From assembly GCF_000281045.1 (NCBI RefSeq), contig NW_008246073.1, positions 409,343-466,778 of the forward strand: a stretch of 57,436 nucleotides of DNA. The letters are read 5' to 3'. Shown in pieces: positions 23,038 to 35,521 of the stretch (position 1 is the first letter of the stretch; each line of letters begins with the position of its first letter). Origin of the DNA: Saprolegnia diclina VS20. Taxonomy: Eukaryota. The translations under genes were made by a program, and so were the position numbers. The notes below the pieces were generated by a model. That model was not told the origin of the DNA. It made no database searches and was given only the letters and a program-made list of their open reading frames with translations.

Positions 23038-23751
23038 CTATTCGTGCACGGGCGACGTCCCGGCCTTGTCTTTTGCAATGCACTGCGTTAGTGGCGGCAG
23101 GCTCGTGGGCACTGGCAGCTTTGAGGGAAAGAGCGAAGCGCCGTACGGCCGTGACTCGGCATACATGGGCGGCGGCGGTGGGTACATCGCTGGCGGCATG
23201 TACGACGACGCTCGGTCGTGGTACATCATGGTTGGCGGCGCGTAGTTGCTGGTACTGGCGCCGTATGCAGCTCTGGGACCGCCATAGTCGGGATACGGCG
23301 ACGACGTGAGCACCTCTTCCGAGATGATGTTGACCAGCTTTTGAAGCACGCGCGACCGGAACGCTTCGCGGGCCTCGCCTTTGAGATACGAGGGTGTTCG
23401 TACTGTAATGTCATCGTCGAGGAGACCGGCAGTGTCGGGCTTGGACGGGTACAGCGGCGACGGCGGGTACGGCAGCGTGGGCAGCGACGAGTGCGCGTAC
23501 GGGTAGTCGTGCGACGACGGTGACGGGAAGCTGGCCGCGCTCGGCGACGACGTGTAGTAGACCGACGACGACGTCGACGACTGGGTGCGGTTGTTGCGGT
23601 TCTTCCCGTCGAGCTTGCGCTGGTTCTGGTTTTGGCGCAGGCGATGCATGTCACAGAGGTTGTGCGGCTGGCCATTCGTCTTGAGCGCGCGCTCGTTCTC
23701 GCACTTGCCCGTCTTGTAGAGGCACTTGCCGCGGCTGCCTTCGCCTGCCAT
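23038..23751 (-). CDS. Oomycete-type C-x6-C-x15-C-x2-H motif protein with Pro/Ser/Tyr-rich tail (putative DNA-binding regulator)
   Basis: MAGEGSRGKCLYKTGKCENERALKTNGQPHNLCDMHRLRQNQNQRKLD followed by a low-complexity tail. GC-rich codon usage begins at the ATG at 23751. Confidence 0.75.
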   Translation of the reverse strand: MAGEGSRGKCLYKTGKCENERALKTNGQPHNLCDMHRLRQNQNQRKLDGKNRNNRTQSSTSSSVYYTSSPSAASFPSPSSHDYPYAHSSLPTLPYPPSPLYPSKPDTAGLLDDDITVRTPSYLKGEAREAFRSRVLQKLVNIISEEVLTSSPYPDYGGPRAAYGASTSNYAPPTMMYHDRASSYMPPAMYPPPPPMYAESRPYGASLFPSKLPVPTSLPPLTQCIAKDKAGTSPVHE

Positions 23752-26236
23752 GAGGAGCCAAACTTTCTGAAAATGACACCATCGCTTCCGTCGCATCTGT
23801 CCGGATACACCCGGTTGCCAGCGAATCTGATCCTGGGTAATTGGACCCACCCCCTCCATCGCGATTTCAGGGACCTTTAGAGGGATCCTTGCACGCGTGC
23901 AAATGCTTCCTGGGTCGTACAAAAGACAAGAAGACTGGTCGTACGATATATCGATGCAAACGAGCGTGAATTGCGTATAACTCTTGGCTGCAGCGGACGT
24001 ACTTGCTGCGCAATGGTAGAGGGGGAGGGTCCAAAATGATGGCTGTTCGCGGCCGTCGTCCCAATTGGTGGTGGGTGCAACAATCCAGCTTTATCCGTGT
24101 GTGCATGCTCATTAGCATTGCAATGAGGGAAAAACCGTGCCAACGTCAGGTAAATTCCGTTATTGCAGCACAAGAGAGTATATTTCGAAAGAGATACCCT
24201 GTGTCTGATGCCCATCTGATGCGGAGTTCCGTGGCCCGTGTCTGATCCCGCTCGGTTCTTATCCCCGGCTTCATGAATGCTTTTTTGGTGACCTCACTAC
24301 AAGATGCAGTTGATTCTCGCTCTGGCCGCGGGGCATTTTGAATTAATGCACCGGACGGGATTCTTGCCACTTCTGACGCCAATATTCCGAGTGCGCGGCA
24401 CGCCAGACTGAGATCTGGCACTTCGCGACGCGGCTTCAACGAGTCGCGTCGTGAAGGCAGACATGTGGCACACACAGTACTTATATCGCTCTCGCCTGTC
24501 TGTAGCATCACGATCACGTCTATTGAGCTTGCTTGCTGTCAACGCAACGCGTCTGCAGAGCGTCGCTTTTCGGCCTGTCTGCCGCATCGCGGAGCTGGCT
24601 GCGTCCGAGCGAAAACTCGTGGCACAGGGGTCGATGCGACGGACGTTGAAGATGGAGGATCGCTGTCATGGATGGGTACGACGAAATATTCGCTCCCATG
24701 CAATATGACACACGACTCCAACGCCGGCCCATCCCCACAAGCTTCTTCGTTGCCTTCACCCGGCGATGGGATGTACGAAGGGAATCTTTACGCGTCTGAT
24801 ACTTCTCTTCCTATACAGAGTCTTTCAGGTCGTGCTTGCACGGCACGTAGACGTCGACGGCGGAGCAATCGGCTCGAGTTTACAGACTCAGATACTCGAA
24901 CGGCAATTTGACTCATGGTATCTGATCGGAGCTACTCGACTCCGCGACAACACCTCTCGCAGCTGCTCTGGATTCAAACACATATATATTGGTGCCCGAT
25001 GCACTCGCACCTCGTAAACGTGCGCGACCATGAGACGTAGTACGTGGCTGCATTGTTCGTTCTTGAGTCATGCACCAACTCTCTTGGCGCGCCTTCGTTC
25101 CCTATACCTGCACCATCACAGTAGCAGTCAACACTCTCCGGAATGAGTCTCCCACGTCGTGTAGCGCGAGTCTCTAACGCCGTAGGGTCTGAGCAGTCGC
25201 CTGTCGGCTGCTCCTACTGCAGCTTCTACAACTAGGCTTGCATATGACATGCTTCACACGAGGTTTCTCTTCGATCGATGACATGGATGCGCCAAGCCCC
25301 GGGAACACGCTTCACGATACTTCGATGGTTTGCAAATGAGCCGCAGACATACTACGGAAGGCGGCCTAAAAAGCGCCCATTCAACCGACGAAAAACAAAT
25401 GCCGTCGTTTTCACAAACTTCAACAAGGTCGGTCAGTCTCATTGGCTTCATCGGCTGGCCATTTTGAAGCTCGTTGTATTGGTTGTTCGCGAGCGAGGTA
25501 GGACTGTGTTGTCGCGCTATTAGTTGCTTCATATGGCACAAAGTTCACGGGCACCAGTGACTTGAAGGTCGGCGATGTGCTTGCAGAAAGTCACCAACGT
25601 CGACAGTATGAGCGTTTCGCGCGCGCACATCGATGTGCAAAGTACAATCCTCGTTTCGTGCTGACGCAAAACTCACGGGTCCATTGCCGATCGAGCACCT
25701 CAGCTCGTTATTCCGCTGTTTCACGCTTCCATAGACACGGCCGGCGATATTGGTTTGACCGCCGCTGCTTTCTCTTGCCATTTATTCACTTTGGTCCTCT
25801 GTGCCGCCTTGCCTTTGAACTGGTGGCTGTAATCGATCGCTGCTTTCACTACCGACCCTCAACGATGTGCTAATAGAGATGAGAGCCAAGACAGAACGCG
25901 CCAGCATTTCCAGTACAGTCGAGCACTTCCTAGCGCAATGTACGGACGACTGTGTTGGTTGCAGCCAGATTTTGTTACTGCAGGGACGCGCTGCGGTGTC
26001 TATGCCCATAGACCGAGAAGCCTCGCTCACGAAGCGTCGCCTTTCCCACTTCGTGCTCGAATCTGTTCACGGACGACCGCTCTGCGTGCAGCTTATGCAC
26101 CACCCACATACGCACCCTTTGCTGGGCTCGCTCGCTTGCCACGTACGCCGTGGGCAGGCCCACGCTCCTTTATCCGGACCCTCCGGATACAACGACTGTT
26201 ACGAATTGCTCCAAGTGCATAATCGAAAAAGGCAGC

Positions 26237-28578
26237 ATGTCTGGAGCGGACGGAGGAGCGTCGTTGAAGCGCCTGCAGTCGGTCCTGAGCCACGTCCGCG
26301 AGACGCCGGCGCCGACGGCCAGCGCCAAGACCCGCTGGGATGGCTGGGGCTACGAAGACACCAACATCTTTCTCAACCCGCAAGGCGTCGTCGAGTTTGC
26401 CGGGACGCGGTACGCTCGCCACCATGCGCGACCAAAACATCAAGCGTGCGTAGGTACGAAGAAGTGTTTCCCGCAGAGCGCGTCTTGCCTGGCGTGCGCG
26501 CGTGGGCCGAATCCAAGGTCGGCTTGGACGTCAACCGCCGCATTACGCTCAACGCCACGCCGCCCAAGATCAAGGCCGGCAGCGAAGTCATGCACGAAGG
26601 CTTCTTGGCCGAGATGGCGTCGCTTGCGCTGCCCGTCGACCTCGACCCGGTCACGCGTGTGCGCCACTCGCACGGCCAGACCTGCGGCGTACGCGTCCCT
26701 ATCCCAAGGCGCGCGTGTTGATGCTGTGCGTAGGAAATCTTTCGCATCCGAACGTGCACCGAGTTTGATCGCGTGCCGGACGCGGTCATTAGCCCGCTGA
26801 CGCACGAGCAGGTGCAGGCGGTCGTCACCGCGGCCGTCAAGCACAACGTGGTCATCATCCCGTACGGCGGTGGCACCAAGTACGTTCGACTGGCGCTTTG
26901 ACGTGCTCACAAGGCCGGTAGCGTCTCGAACGCGCTCACGTGCAGCGAGCACGAGCGCTGTATGATCGTATCGCTCGACATGCGCAAGATGACGGCCATC
27001 TTGAGCGTCGACAAGGAAAACATGACAGCGCTCGTCGAGGCGGGTATTTCGGGCCTCGATCTGCACAACAAGCTCAAGAACAAGGGCGTCACGCTCGGGC
27101 ACGAGCCCGATTCGTGGGAGTTTTCGACCGTCGGCGGCTGGGTACGGCCACAATAATGCGATATCTGCTGACCGCACGCAGGTCGCGACGCGGGCGTCGG
27201 GCATGAAGAAGAACACGTACGGCAACATTGAAGACATGCTCATCAACCTCACCATGGTGAGACAACCACTCACGAACTCTATCTCAACACGTGGACTAGG
27301 TGACGCCGCAAGGCACGCTGACCAAGTCGTGCAACGTGCCCCGGGTTTCGATGGGTCCCGACATGATGCAAATGGCCCTCGGTCCCGCTATATCTGCATG
27401 TTTGATACATATACTTACGTCCGGTACTAGGCTCGGAGGGCCTCTTTGGCGTTGTGACCCGGGTCATGTTTCGTGTGCGCCCGCTGCCCGAAGTGCAGCT
27501 GTACGACTCGATCCTGTTTCCTACGTTGGGCGACGGCATTGCTGCGCTCCACGACATTACGCGCGAAGGCTGCATCCCTGCGTCGCTGCGCCTTCTCGAC
27601 AACACCCAAGTACGTCCATACGACGATTGGCCTCTGCCCCTCTCACGCTGCATTGGTCTAGTTTCAACTGGGCCAAGCGCTCAAGCCGGCCTCGAGCCAC
27701 CCCTTGACAGCGCACCTGATTTCGCTCGCAACCAAGGCGTATGTGACCAAGGTGCGTCATCTATTCCGACTTGGGATCTCACGTGCTGGCATGACAGATC
27801 AAGGGCTTCGACGTCAACTCGATGTGTGCGGCGACCATCTTGTTTGAGGGCACAAAAGAGCAGACGGAGCGGTACCAGCGCCAGATCCACGCCATTGCGG
27901 CCAAGCACGGGGGTATGATTGGTGGCGCCGAGAACGGCAAGCGCGGGTACTTCCTTACTTATGTCATTGGTACGTTGGGCTCGCAACGAATCTCTGGGCG
28001 ACTCCTTTTGTATGTAGCGTACATTCGCGACTTTGTGATGGACTTTTACTTTTTGACCGACTCGTTCGAGACGGCGGTGCCGTGGACAAACGTCAAGCAG
28101 CTCATCGCCGACATCAATAACGTACGACGCGTCATTGCCTCCGTCACTTGACATGTTGAAACTAGGAAATTGGTCTTGTCTGCGCTGGCCACGGCGTGCC
28201 CAACAAGCACGTCGTCATGTGCCGCATCTCGCAGGTCTACGAGACGGGCGTCTGCCTCTATGTCTACTACGGCGTCAACTTTTTCGGCGTCAAGGAACCG
28301 CTCAAGCTCTTCCACACAATCGAGCAGTCGTGCGTCGACGTACGGCCGCTTGTCTTGACTCTATGATGTATTCATTGTGAGCATAGGTCATGATGCGGAA
28401 CGGCGCGGCGCTGAGCCACCACCATGGCATTGGCAAGCACCGCAAGCAGTGGCTCCCGCAGGTGCTTTCGGCGCCGGCGCTGAGTGCGATCCACGGTCTC
28501 AAGGCCGCCGTGGACCCGACCAATGTCTTTGCGACCAACAACATTATCACGACGACGCTGCCGCCGACACGCGAGTAG
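26237..28578 (+). CDS. AGPS: Alkyldihydroxyacetonephosphate synthase (FAD-linked, ether lipid synthesis), multi-exon
   Basis: RWDGWGY, HSHGQT, IPYGGGTNV, GHEPDSWEFSTVGGW, ATRASGMKKNTYGNIED, GSEGLFGVVT, SHHHGIGKHR and DPTNVF motifs. N-terminal RLQSVLSHV is PTS2-like. Confidence 0.95.
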
Positions 28579-28675
28579 AGACACGCAAGAATCATGGTAG
28601 ATTGGATGCTTTTCTTTGAAATGTATACCCTCCCTTGTGCCCATGGCGGACATTCGGCTTTGTACATGGCCTCGG

Positions 28676-31600
28676 CTATGTGAGCCAGCCGTCGTTGGTC
28701 GATGAGATCTGCAGCGACGGTGTGGGAACCGTCGTCGTCGACGTTTTCTCGCCTCGTAGCGACGTCATGCAGAGCGCACAGGCGGTCGCAGCGGCCTTGT
28801 TCCGGAACGCGCAGACGGGACACTGCAGCACGACTTCAAACTCGCTCGATGGCGCGGCCGACGTGTTTTTTGCAGCGCACACCTCGCAGCGGTCGAGCGT
28901 CGGGCTCTGGCTGTGAAAGCATATGGGGCAATTCCAATTGCCAGCCTTGGGTGGCGGCGCGCGGCGCGGCGTCGGTGCCTACCTCAACGTTGCTCTTGTA
29001 TAGCAGGCATAGTGTCTACCACGGGGGCCGCATGCTTCTTGAAGGCGAAAATCGAGTTGTACATCTGGTTGAAATGCGCCTTCTCGTCTTCCGTGGCAGC
29101 CTCCTTGAGCCACGTCTCCACCGTCCGCGCGGTGAGGACGGGCGCGTCTTCGCGGCACAGCGATGGCTGCGTCGGGTTGCGCTCAATGAGTCGCGACATC
29201 GGCGGTCTATCACGACATCCTCGCGGTCCAGGTTCCAACGTTGAGACGTTTGACGCACCGTGTGTCACGAAAGACAACTTGACCAAACTCGATATAGTCG
29301 ATGCGGTCCGAGAACGTGGCTGCAAATCGTGCACTGACTTGCGCCATGACATCGGGACCGACTGGCACGTTGAGCTGACGCAAGGCTGCGAAGAACCCGT
29401 CGATGGTCACGAAGCCCGTGCGCTGGCCGTCGTACTGCTGACAGAGCGTCATGAAACGTGTCTTGTCGACATGTGCTTGCAGCACAAAGAACGAGCGCAA
29501 GTCGTCTTCGATCTGCTGCAGGGACCGCGGACTCGGCGGTAGCGCTCGCGGCGTCACCATCATGCCATGGGAAGCGGCGACGGGAACAAAGGATCGAGGC
29601 GGTACATGGTCGACGACCGGCGGTGCGACTGGCGGTGCGTACGTCTCGAGCAGCGTTGCGAATGCTCGATACGGACACTGCGCTTTGGACCGAAGCGCGT
29701 GTTGAAGCGTTTGGAGCTCTGCGGCGGTCAGAGGGCACTCGATGAGCCGAAGCACGGTGCTGAACTCGGTCCACTCGATGTGACCTCGATGGTGCGAATC
29801 GCATTTCTCGAGGAGCGACAGCCCATTGATGTTGCGCTGGGCAGCACTCAAGAAGCTTTGATAGAGACGCCCCATAAGACTGGGCAGCGATGAAGTCGAC
29901 GACACCGATGTGCTGGAGCGCGACGTTTTGAGTGGCGAGGACCCGCCGTAGCGGTCAAGCGCTGCCTCCATAGCACGAACGAACGCAGTTGCGTCGACGC
30001 GGTGATGCTTTGTCTTGCACGCCGCTGCGATCGCGTCCAGATCTGACTTTTTCCACGGCAGCTTGAGACTTAGGAGAAACTGCGCAAGGGCTTTGGGGCG
30101 CCACGGAAGGCGCGTGTTGGCCTCCGCTAGCTTGGAGTCGCACTTGTGGCATTTAGACGACGACCACCCCGCGGTGAGAAGGACACGGTCCAAGATGGCG
30201 TCCATCGACACGATCTTCCCCGGCGACGACCGGCGGTGCGGACTTCCGCTGCGCCCACTCGCACAACTGCTGCTATCGTCGCTTTGACTCGCCTGGGATG
30301 AAGCGTCGCTAAGCGACAACTCGTCGTCGTCGTCATCATCGCGTCGTACAGCGGCGACGTTGGCTTTGTCCAGCGCAAGAAGCTGGGCGGTCGCCAGGTC
30401 GCGCAAGAAGAGCGATGTCTTGACAACGCCCGTCTCTTTGACGACGTAGTAGTCACGGATGACGTCCCCGTCGATGCCAGCGACGGCCGCGTGGCGGTCC
30501 TGACGCAACACCGTGTCTAGAAACTTGTCTAGAATCTGGGTAAATTTGGATGCCGTGACGCCGTCCCCAGACTTGTACTTGACAAAGTACTTAGCAAAGA
30601 CAAATGGCCGCGGAAGCAGTTGGTCGAAGATCGCCACGCGCACGAGCTGCTTGCCCAGGCGCGTAAATGTCCTAGAAGCCAGTGCCATGAGATGCCAGTT
30701 CTCTTGATATCGCCGACCCTTGGCTTTGGAGCGCTTGCATTTGGTCTTTGGACGGCGACGCAGGTGGTTTTCCAGAGGAGGCTTTGACCGCTGGACTTGG
30801 TGGTTTGCTCGGCGAGCCATTTCCGCCACTTGTCGGTGCGGGGGGTGTTGCTTGGGGCGGCGGCGCTTTGTTCGGGTCGACCTTTGTCTGCAGGATCTTG
30901 TCGGCGTTGGTCGCAAAGTGAAAGAACTCGAGGTAGTCGATTTCGTTGTCTTGGTTCGAGTCGAAGAAATGCAGAATGGACGACTTTTCCGCGGCAGTGA
31001 GCCCTTTGGAGAGGCCCATTTCGTCAAGCACGAGCAGGAATTCGTCGGTGGAGATGGACCCGTCTTGATTCACATCGTACTCTAGCACAATTGTATAGCA
31101 CATTTGCAGCCATGGCAAATGTTGCACCGAGAAAGAGGCGGCGGAAGCGGTCGGCGTCTTTCTCGTTTGCGACAGTGTCCAAAATGCTTTGCTGCATCTG
31201 CGCAATTACAGCGTCGACCTTGCCCCGGCTTTCGCCCGACTCAAAGACCTTGGGCCCACGCACGACAAAGTCGAGAAAGACGTTCGAGGCCCACTGCTGC
31301 GTCGTCGGTGCCACAAAGTACCGGTGCAGCGCTGAAACCTCCTACGAATCCAAGTTGCGAGGTGTTTCCTATCGCATTTTGCACCCACGTCGGGGGAGAA
31401 CGGGTGTCGGACACCCGCGGTCCAGAGAAGTTCCTTGAAGTCGCTTGCGCTGAGCTTGTTCTTGTAGTGCTCGCAAGCACTTCTAAAGTCAAAGCGCGCG
31501 CCGGCTTTGTCTTCGGCCTTTTGAATCTCGGCGTGGAGCTCGAGCGCGAGGGCAGGGTTGACGGTGGGTGCTTCGCCAGACGTAGTAGCCGTCGGCAGCA

Positions 31601-34600
31601 TGCACGCAAGAAACACTTGGCAAAATGTATCGTACGGGATCGCGTCTTCCGACTGCGCGTACTGCACCAGCGCATCGATCAAGTGCGGTCGGTCCTGCAC
31701 TCCACCGCTCAAACAAGTGAAACGATTGATATATCGATACCTTTTTGGACTTGCGCGGCAGCTGCAGGTCCAGCGCGTCAAACAGCTGCCCAAACTTGGT
31801 TGCTGACAGCATGCCCGTGTTGGCCTTGTCGGCAATCAAGCACATGCGTTTGAAGACTGACGCAAACGTCTCGGCACCGGCCGCCGGCAGCGATGTCGCA
31901 AAGGCTTCCTTCATGCACGTGACGAGCTTTGGGTCGTTCCAATGCGACAGCAAGTGGAGGCTCTCGTCGCTGGTCGTCGCAAATCGGCAGAATTCGTCGA
32001 AGCTGACACCGCCATGCTCGTCGAGCTCGAACCGCCGCAACAAGCTCTTGATTTCCTATCCAAACACCATACTATACATCATTGAAAGGCAAAGAACAAA
32101 CGTTGGAGCGGAGGAAGCTCCCCAAATCCATATCGAGAAGCGTCGCTTCGAGGGAGGGCATGCTGATTGAGCCCGTCTTGTTCTTGTCAAAGAGGTCAAA
32201 CGGTACGTGGTAGTCGAACTTTCCGTCCAGCGTCTTGGCGCAGCGGCGGAGTTCCCCGAGCAGCATGTAGCAGCCTTTTGCGAAGCCGGGGCTGTCATAT
32301 GGCGTGATGAAGCCGTGCTTCATGTTGCGGCGCTCGGCCACGTCCCGCAATGCGGCCAGAAAGCGGTCAATGACAACGCGCCCGTCACCACCGCAATCCG
32401 CACCCGTGTGCTGGACCAGATAGACAAAATCCTACAGTCAGCCGACGTCGGGATGTGTCGTTTACTTGCAGTAAGCGTACTTTAATGTCGATCGACGGAA
32501 TGCTTGCTTCGGCTGCAAGCTCTGAGAGATGGTCGTGCAGCGCGGGCAGCGATACTGACCCTGTCCCGAGGCTGTTGAGGCGGTTGTAGACTGGGTCAAT
32601 GTCTGTTGTCGGGTGCGGTCCCACGAGCTTCTTGCCCGCTAGCAGCAGCGACGAGCTGCCTCGAATGACCACGAGGCCGTGCTGCGACATATAAGCTCTT
32701 ACATTTTCTTTGGGTTGTGGTTCACAAAGGCGTGGTACGCAGCCTGCATGATCTGGCCTGGCACAGCCCCCGGGGGTGGGTTGGGTGAGATGACAATGCA
32801 GAGCTGGCGGAGCTCGAGCGGGCTGAGCCGCACCTTGTGTTGGCGTAAAATCTAAAGGGTGATATGGGCTATGAAATTCTTGAGAATTTTTTTGTACCTT
32901 GTCGATCATGGAGACTCTGAGGATGTTGTCATGCGACTTAATGCGCTTCCACGACGCACTTGAGTCGATGTTGCCATCTTTTACGAGCTTGGAGTTTTGG
33001 TGCTCGATCGCCCAGCCTACACAGACGCTGACAGCGTCCGCCACCAAACCTTCGGTACCTTGAAGAACGCTTGCAGCTTGAGCGATTCGTGCGGCCTGCC
33101 GCGCTTGGATGTCGCAGACGCCAGTGACAAACTTCAAAAAGTCTGCATAGTCGACAACGCCGTCCTTGTTGACGTCAAAGCGTGCCATGATCTTGGCCAG
33201 TTCCTAGCGCAGTGTATCGCACTTGGCTTCAACGATAAATGCTTCTACTTCCGGCGCGACGAGAATTTGCTGGGCGCTCAAGAGGCGCAAAAAGTCCCCA
33301 CGTGCCCACCGACCGTCTCCAATCGCGTTGTGCGCTGTAAAGACGACCCGGTAGTTGGACGACGCACTCGTGAGCGATCGCTGCAGCCGCTCCGCGATCG
33401 CGTCCCTAACCCTATACATTGCCACTGACTTGCCCGATCAGGTCCATACACATCCGTGTCGGTCCAGAGCACAAACAGCAGCAGAGTCTCGTAGTCGATT
33501 TTCTTTTTGCCTTCAATGTCGATGCGTTTCCAGACCTCGTGGAACCGCTGCGGCATGATGAGTACTAATACATGGCAACAACAACAGCGCACCTTGGGGT
33601 CGAGGCGACAGCCAAGACCGATAAGACCTGCTTTCACCTTGGCGATCGTCAAGTACTTGCGGTTCTTGACGTCAAACGCTTGGAAGAGTTTGAGGAAATT
33701 CAACACGCCGTCGGCGTCGGTGGGACAGCGCCGGCGCACAGTGATGCGAATCTGGTGCTCGAGGGCGTCGATCTCTTCGATGGGAATCGCACTCGTCGCC
33801 GTCGTCGGCGACAGCACCGGCGCGTGCACAACGACATCGGACACGGGGTACACGGCGCTACCCACATGCATTCTAATGATTCGTTTTTCGAAGGGCGTGT
33901 ACCGGGTCCACAAAAAGACACCGCGCTTCGTGATCTTTTCATCGAGCGAGCCTTCGATGCGCTTGAAGCCGCGGCATGGCGGCATCCATAGCGTCGCCGA
34001 TTGGTCGTCCACGAGGTGCCCTACTCGGACCCAACGTTTTGCACAATACGTTATCGATGAACGCACCTCCCGTGACGCACAAGTCGACCAGCGCCGGTGT
34101 TTGGTGCGCGCCGGTGGGCTTACACGGCGCAAACTTGAGGTACATGAACTTGCGATAGAAAGGCTTGGCGCCGTTGAAGCAGACGTAGCCTCGGCCCATG
34201 AGGTCCTTGTCCTGGTTCGACGCCGAATACGCAATCGCCTCAATCGGGACTTTGGTCGGGTCGCGCTTGGTCCAAAAGTACAAATGGCCGTTCGAGTGCG
34301 ACGTCCACACGTTGCGCGGGTAAACCTCGTAGCCTTCGCGCTTGAACTCGGCCGCCTCTTCGTCCGACGTCGAGTACTAAGCCACACTATTTGCATCATG
34401 TGTGACGAGACGCGGCGTACCCGAAGGTCCGATATCGCAGGCAGCTCTTCAAACGTCGGCGAGTGAAAGCGGTCCGTGTCCTTGTAGAACATTTCAAAGT
34501 CCGTGGGCTTGACGACGCCGTCGTTGTCATAGTCCAAGAGATGCAAAAGCACGTCGATTTCCTACTCACCTACTGTTCAGTCAGCGTCTCGGCGACGTTA

Positions 34601-35374
34601 GCGTACCCCCGTCGTGAGCACAATGTCAAACTCGCGCCCGATCGCATTCCCAAACAGATTTGGCGCCAAGCAGCTGTCGTTGTGGATATCGGTCATGCGG
34701 CGATACATCTCGAGGAGTTCGTTGTCCGAGAGCTTGAGCTTCCGCAGCGCGTGCCAGTACTTGCAGAGAAGCACAAGCCTACTTGCCGTCATACCACAGA
34801 CTCTATCGTGCAAGACCTACAGTTGCACGCGGTTCAAAAGACAGAATTCGAGAAAGTCCAAGAGCGACACTTTGGTGCGGCTTGCGCTGTTGAGAATGCG
34901 CTGAAAGAGAATTGACGTGTCTTCCTGCGCTACGAGACACTCGAACGCTGGGTCGCTCGCCATGAGCTTCCGGAACTGGTGCTCCTCGAGGTAGTAGTCA
35001 GCCGCGGTCCGCGGCGGCGGCTTGGGTGCCAAGAGGGAGCGCATCGACTTGGCCGGTTTGGCGGACGACGGCAGCTCGTCCATCGAGAAGGTCTTGAAGA
35101 GGTCCTTGAGGTAGTAATAGATTCCATTTTCACCCTTGATTGACGATGCTTTCTCGCGAAAGATCTGGCGAGCGCGGTGCCCGAGCACGTCGTCTGCGAA
35201 CTTGCAGAGCATGTAGGCGCCAATCTCCTTTCCATCGAGCTTGAGGTTCGCGAGCAACGGGTGCGTCTCGACATCCAACGCCGGCGTTGACGACTGCACG
35301 AGCTTGGGCTTCTCTGGTGGCTTCTCGGCTGGCTTCTCGCTGGCGCCCGTCGGCTTGGTCGGCGACGTCGCCAT
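28676..35374 (-). CDS. Very large multi-EF-hand protein with MABP-like region and C-terminal RanBP2-type zinc fingers (multi-exon)
   Basis: EF loops DYDNDGVVKPTDF, DVNKDGVVDYADF, DKNKTGSISMPSL, DVNQDGSISTDEF and DSNQDNEIDYLEF. C-terminal WNCPICFHSQSPTLDRCEVC and LQCPVCAFRNKAAATACALC, TAG at 28676-28678. Could be two genes; exon joins were not all verified. Confidence 0.75.
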
Positions 35375-35521
35375 CGCTCAAGGGACACAAAACCAACTGC
35401 CTCAATTTCCCACGCGATCGACATATGTGAAAAACGCACGTGAGAATGGTTTATATACACTATAGTATTGCATCGAGAGGTGGGAAACGGTGCATCACAT
35501 CGGCCCTCACACGGCGGTTTC

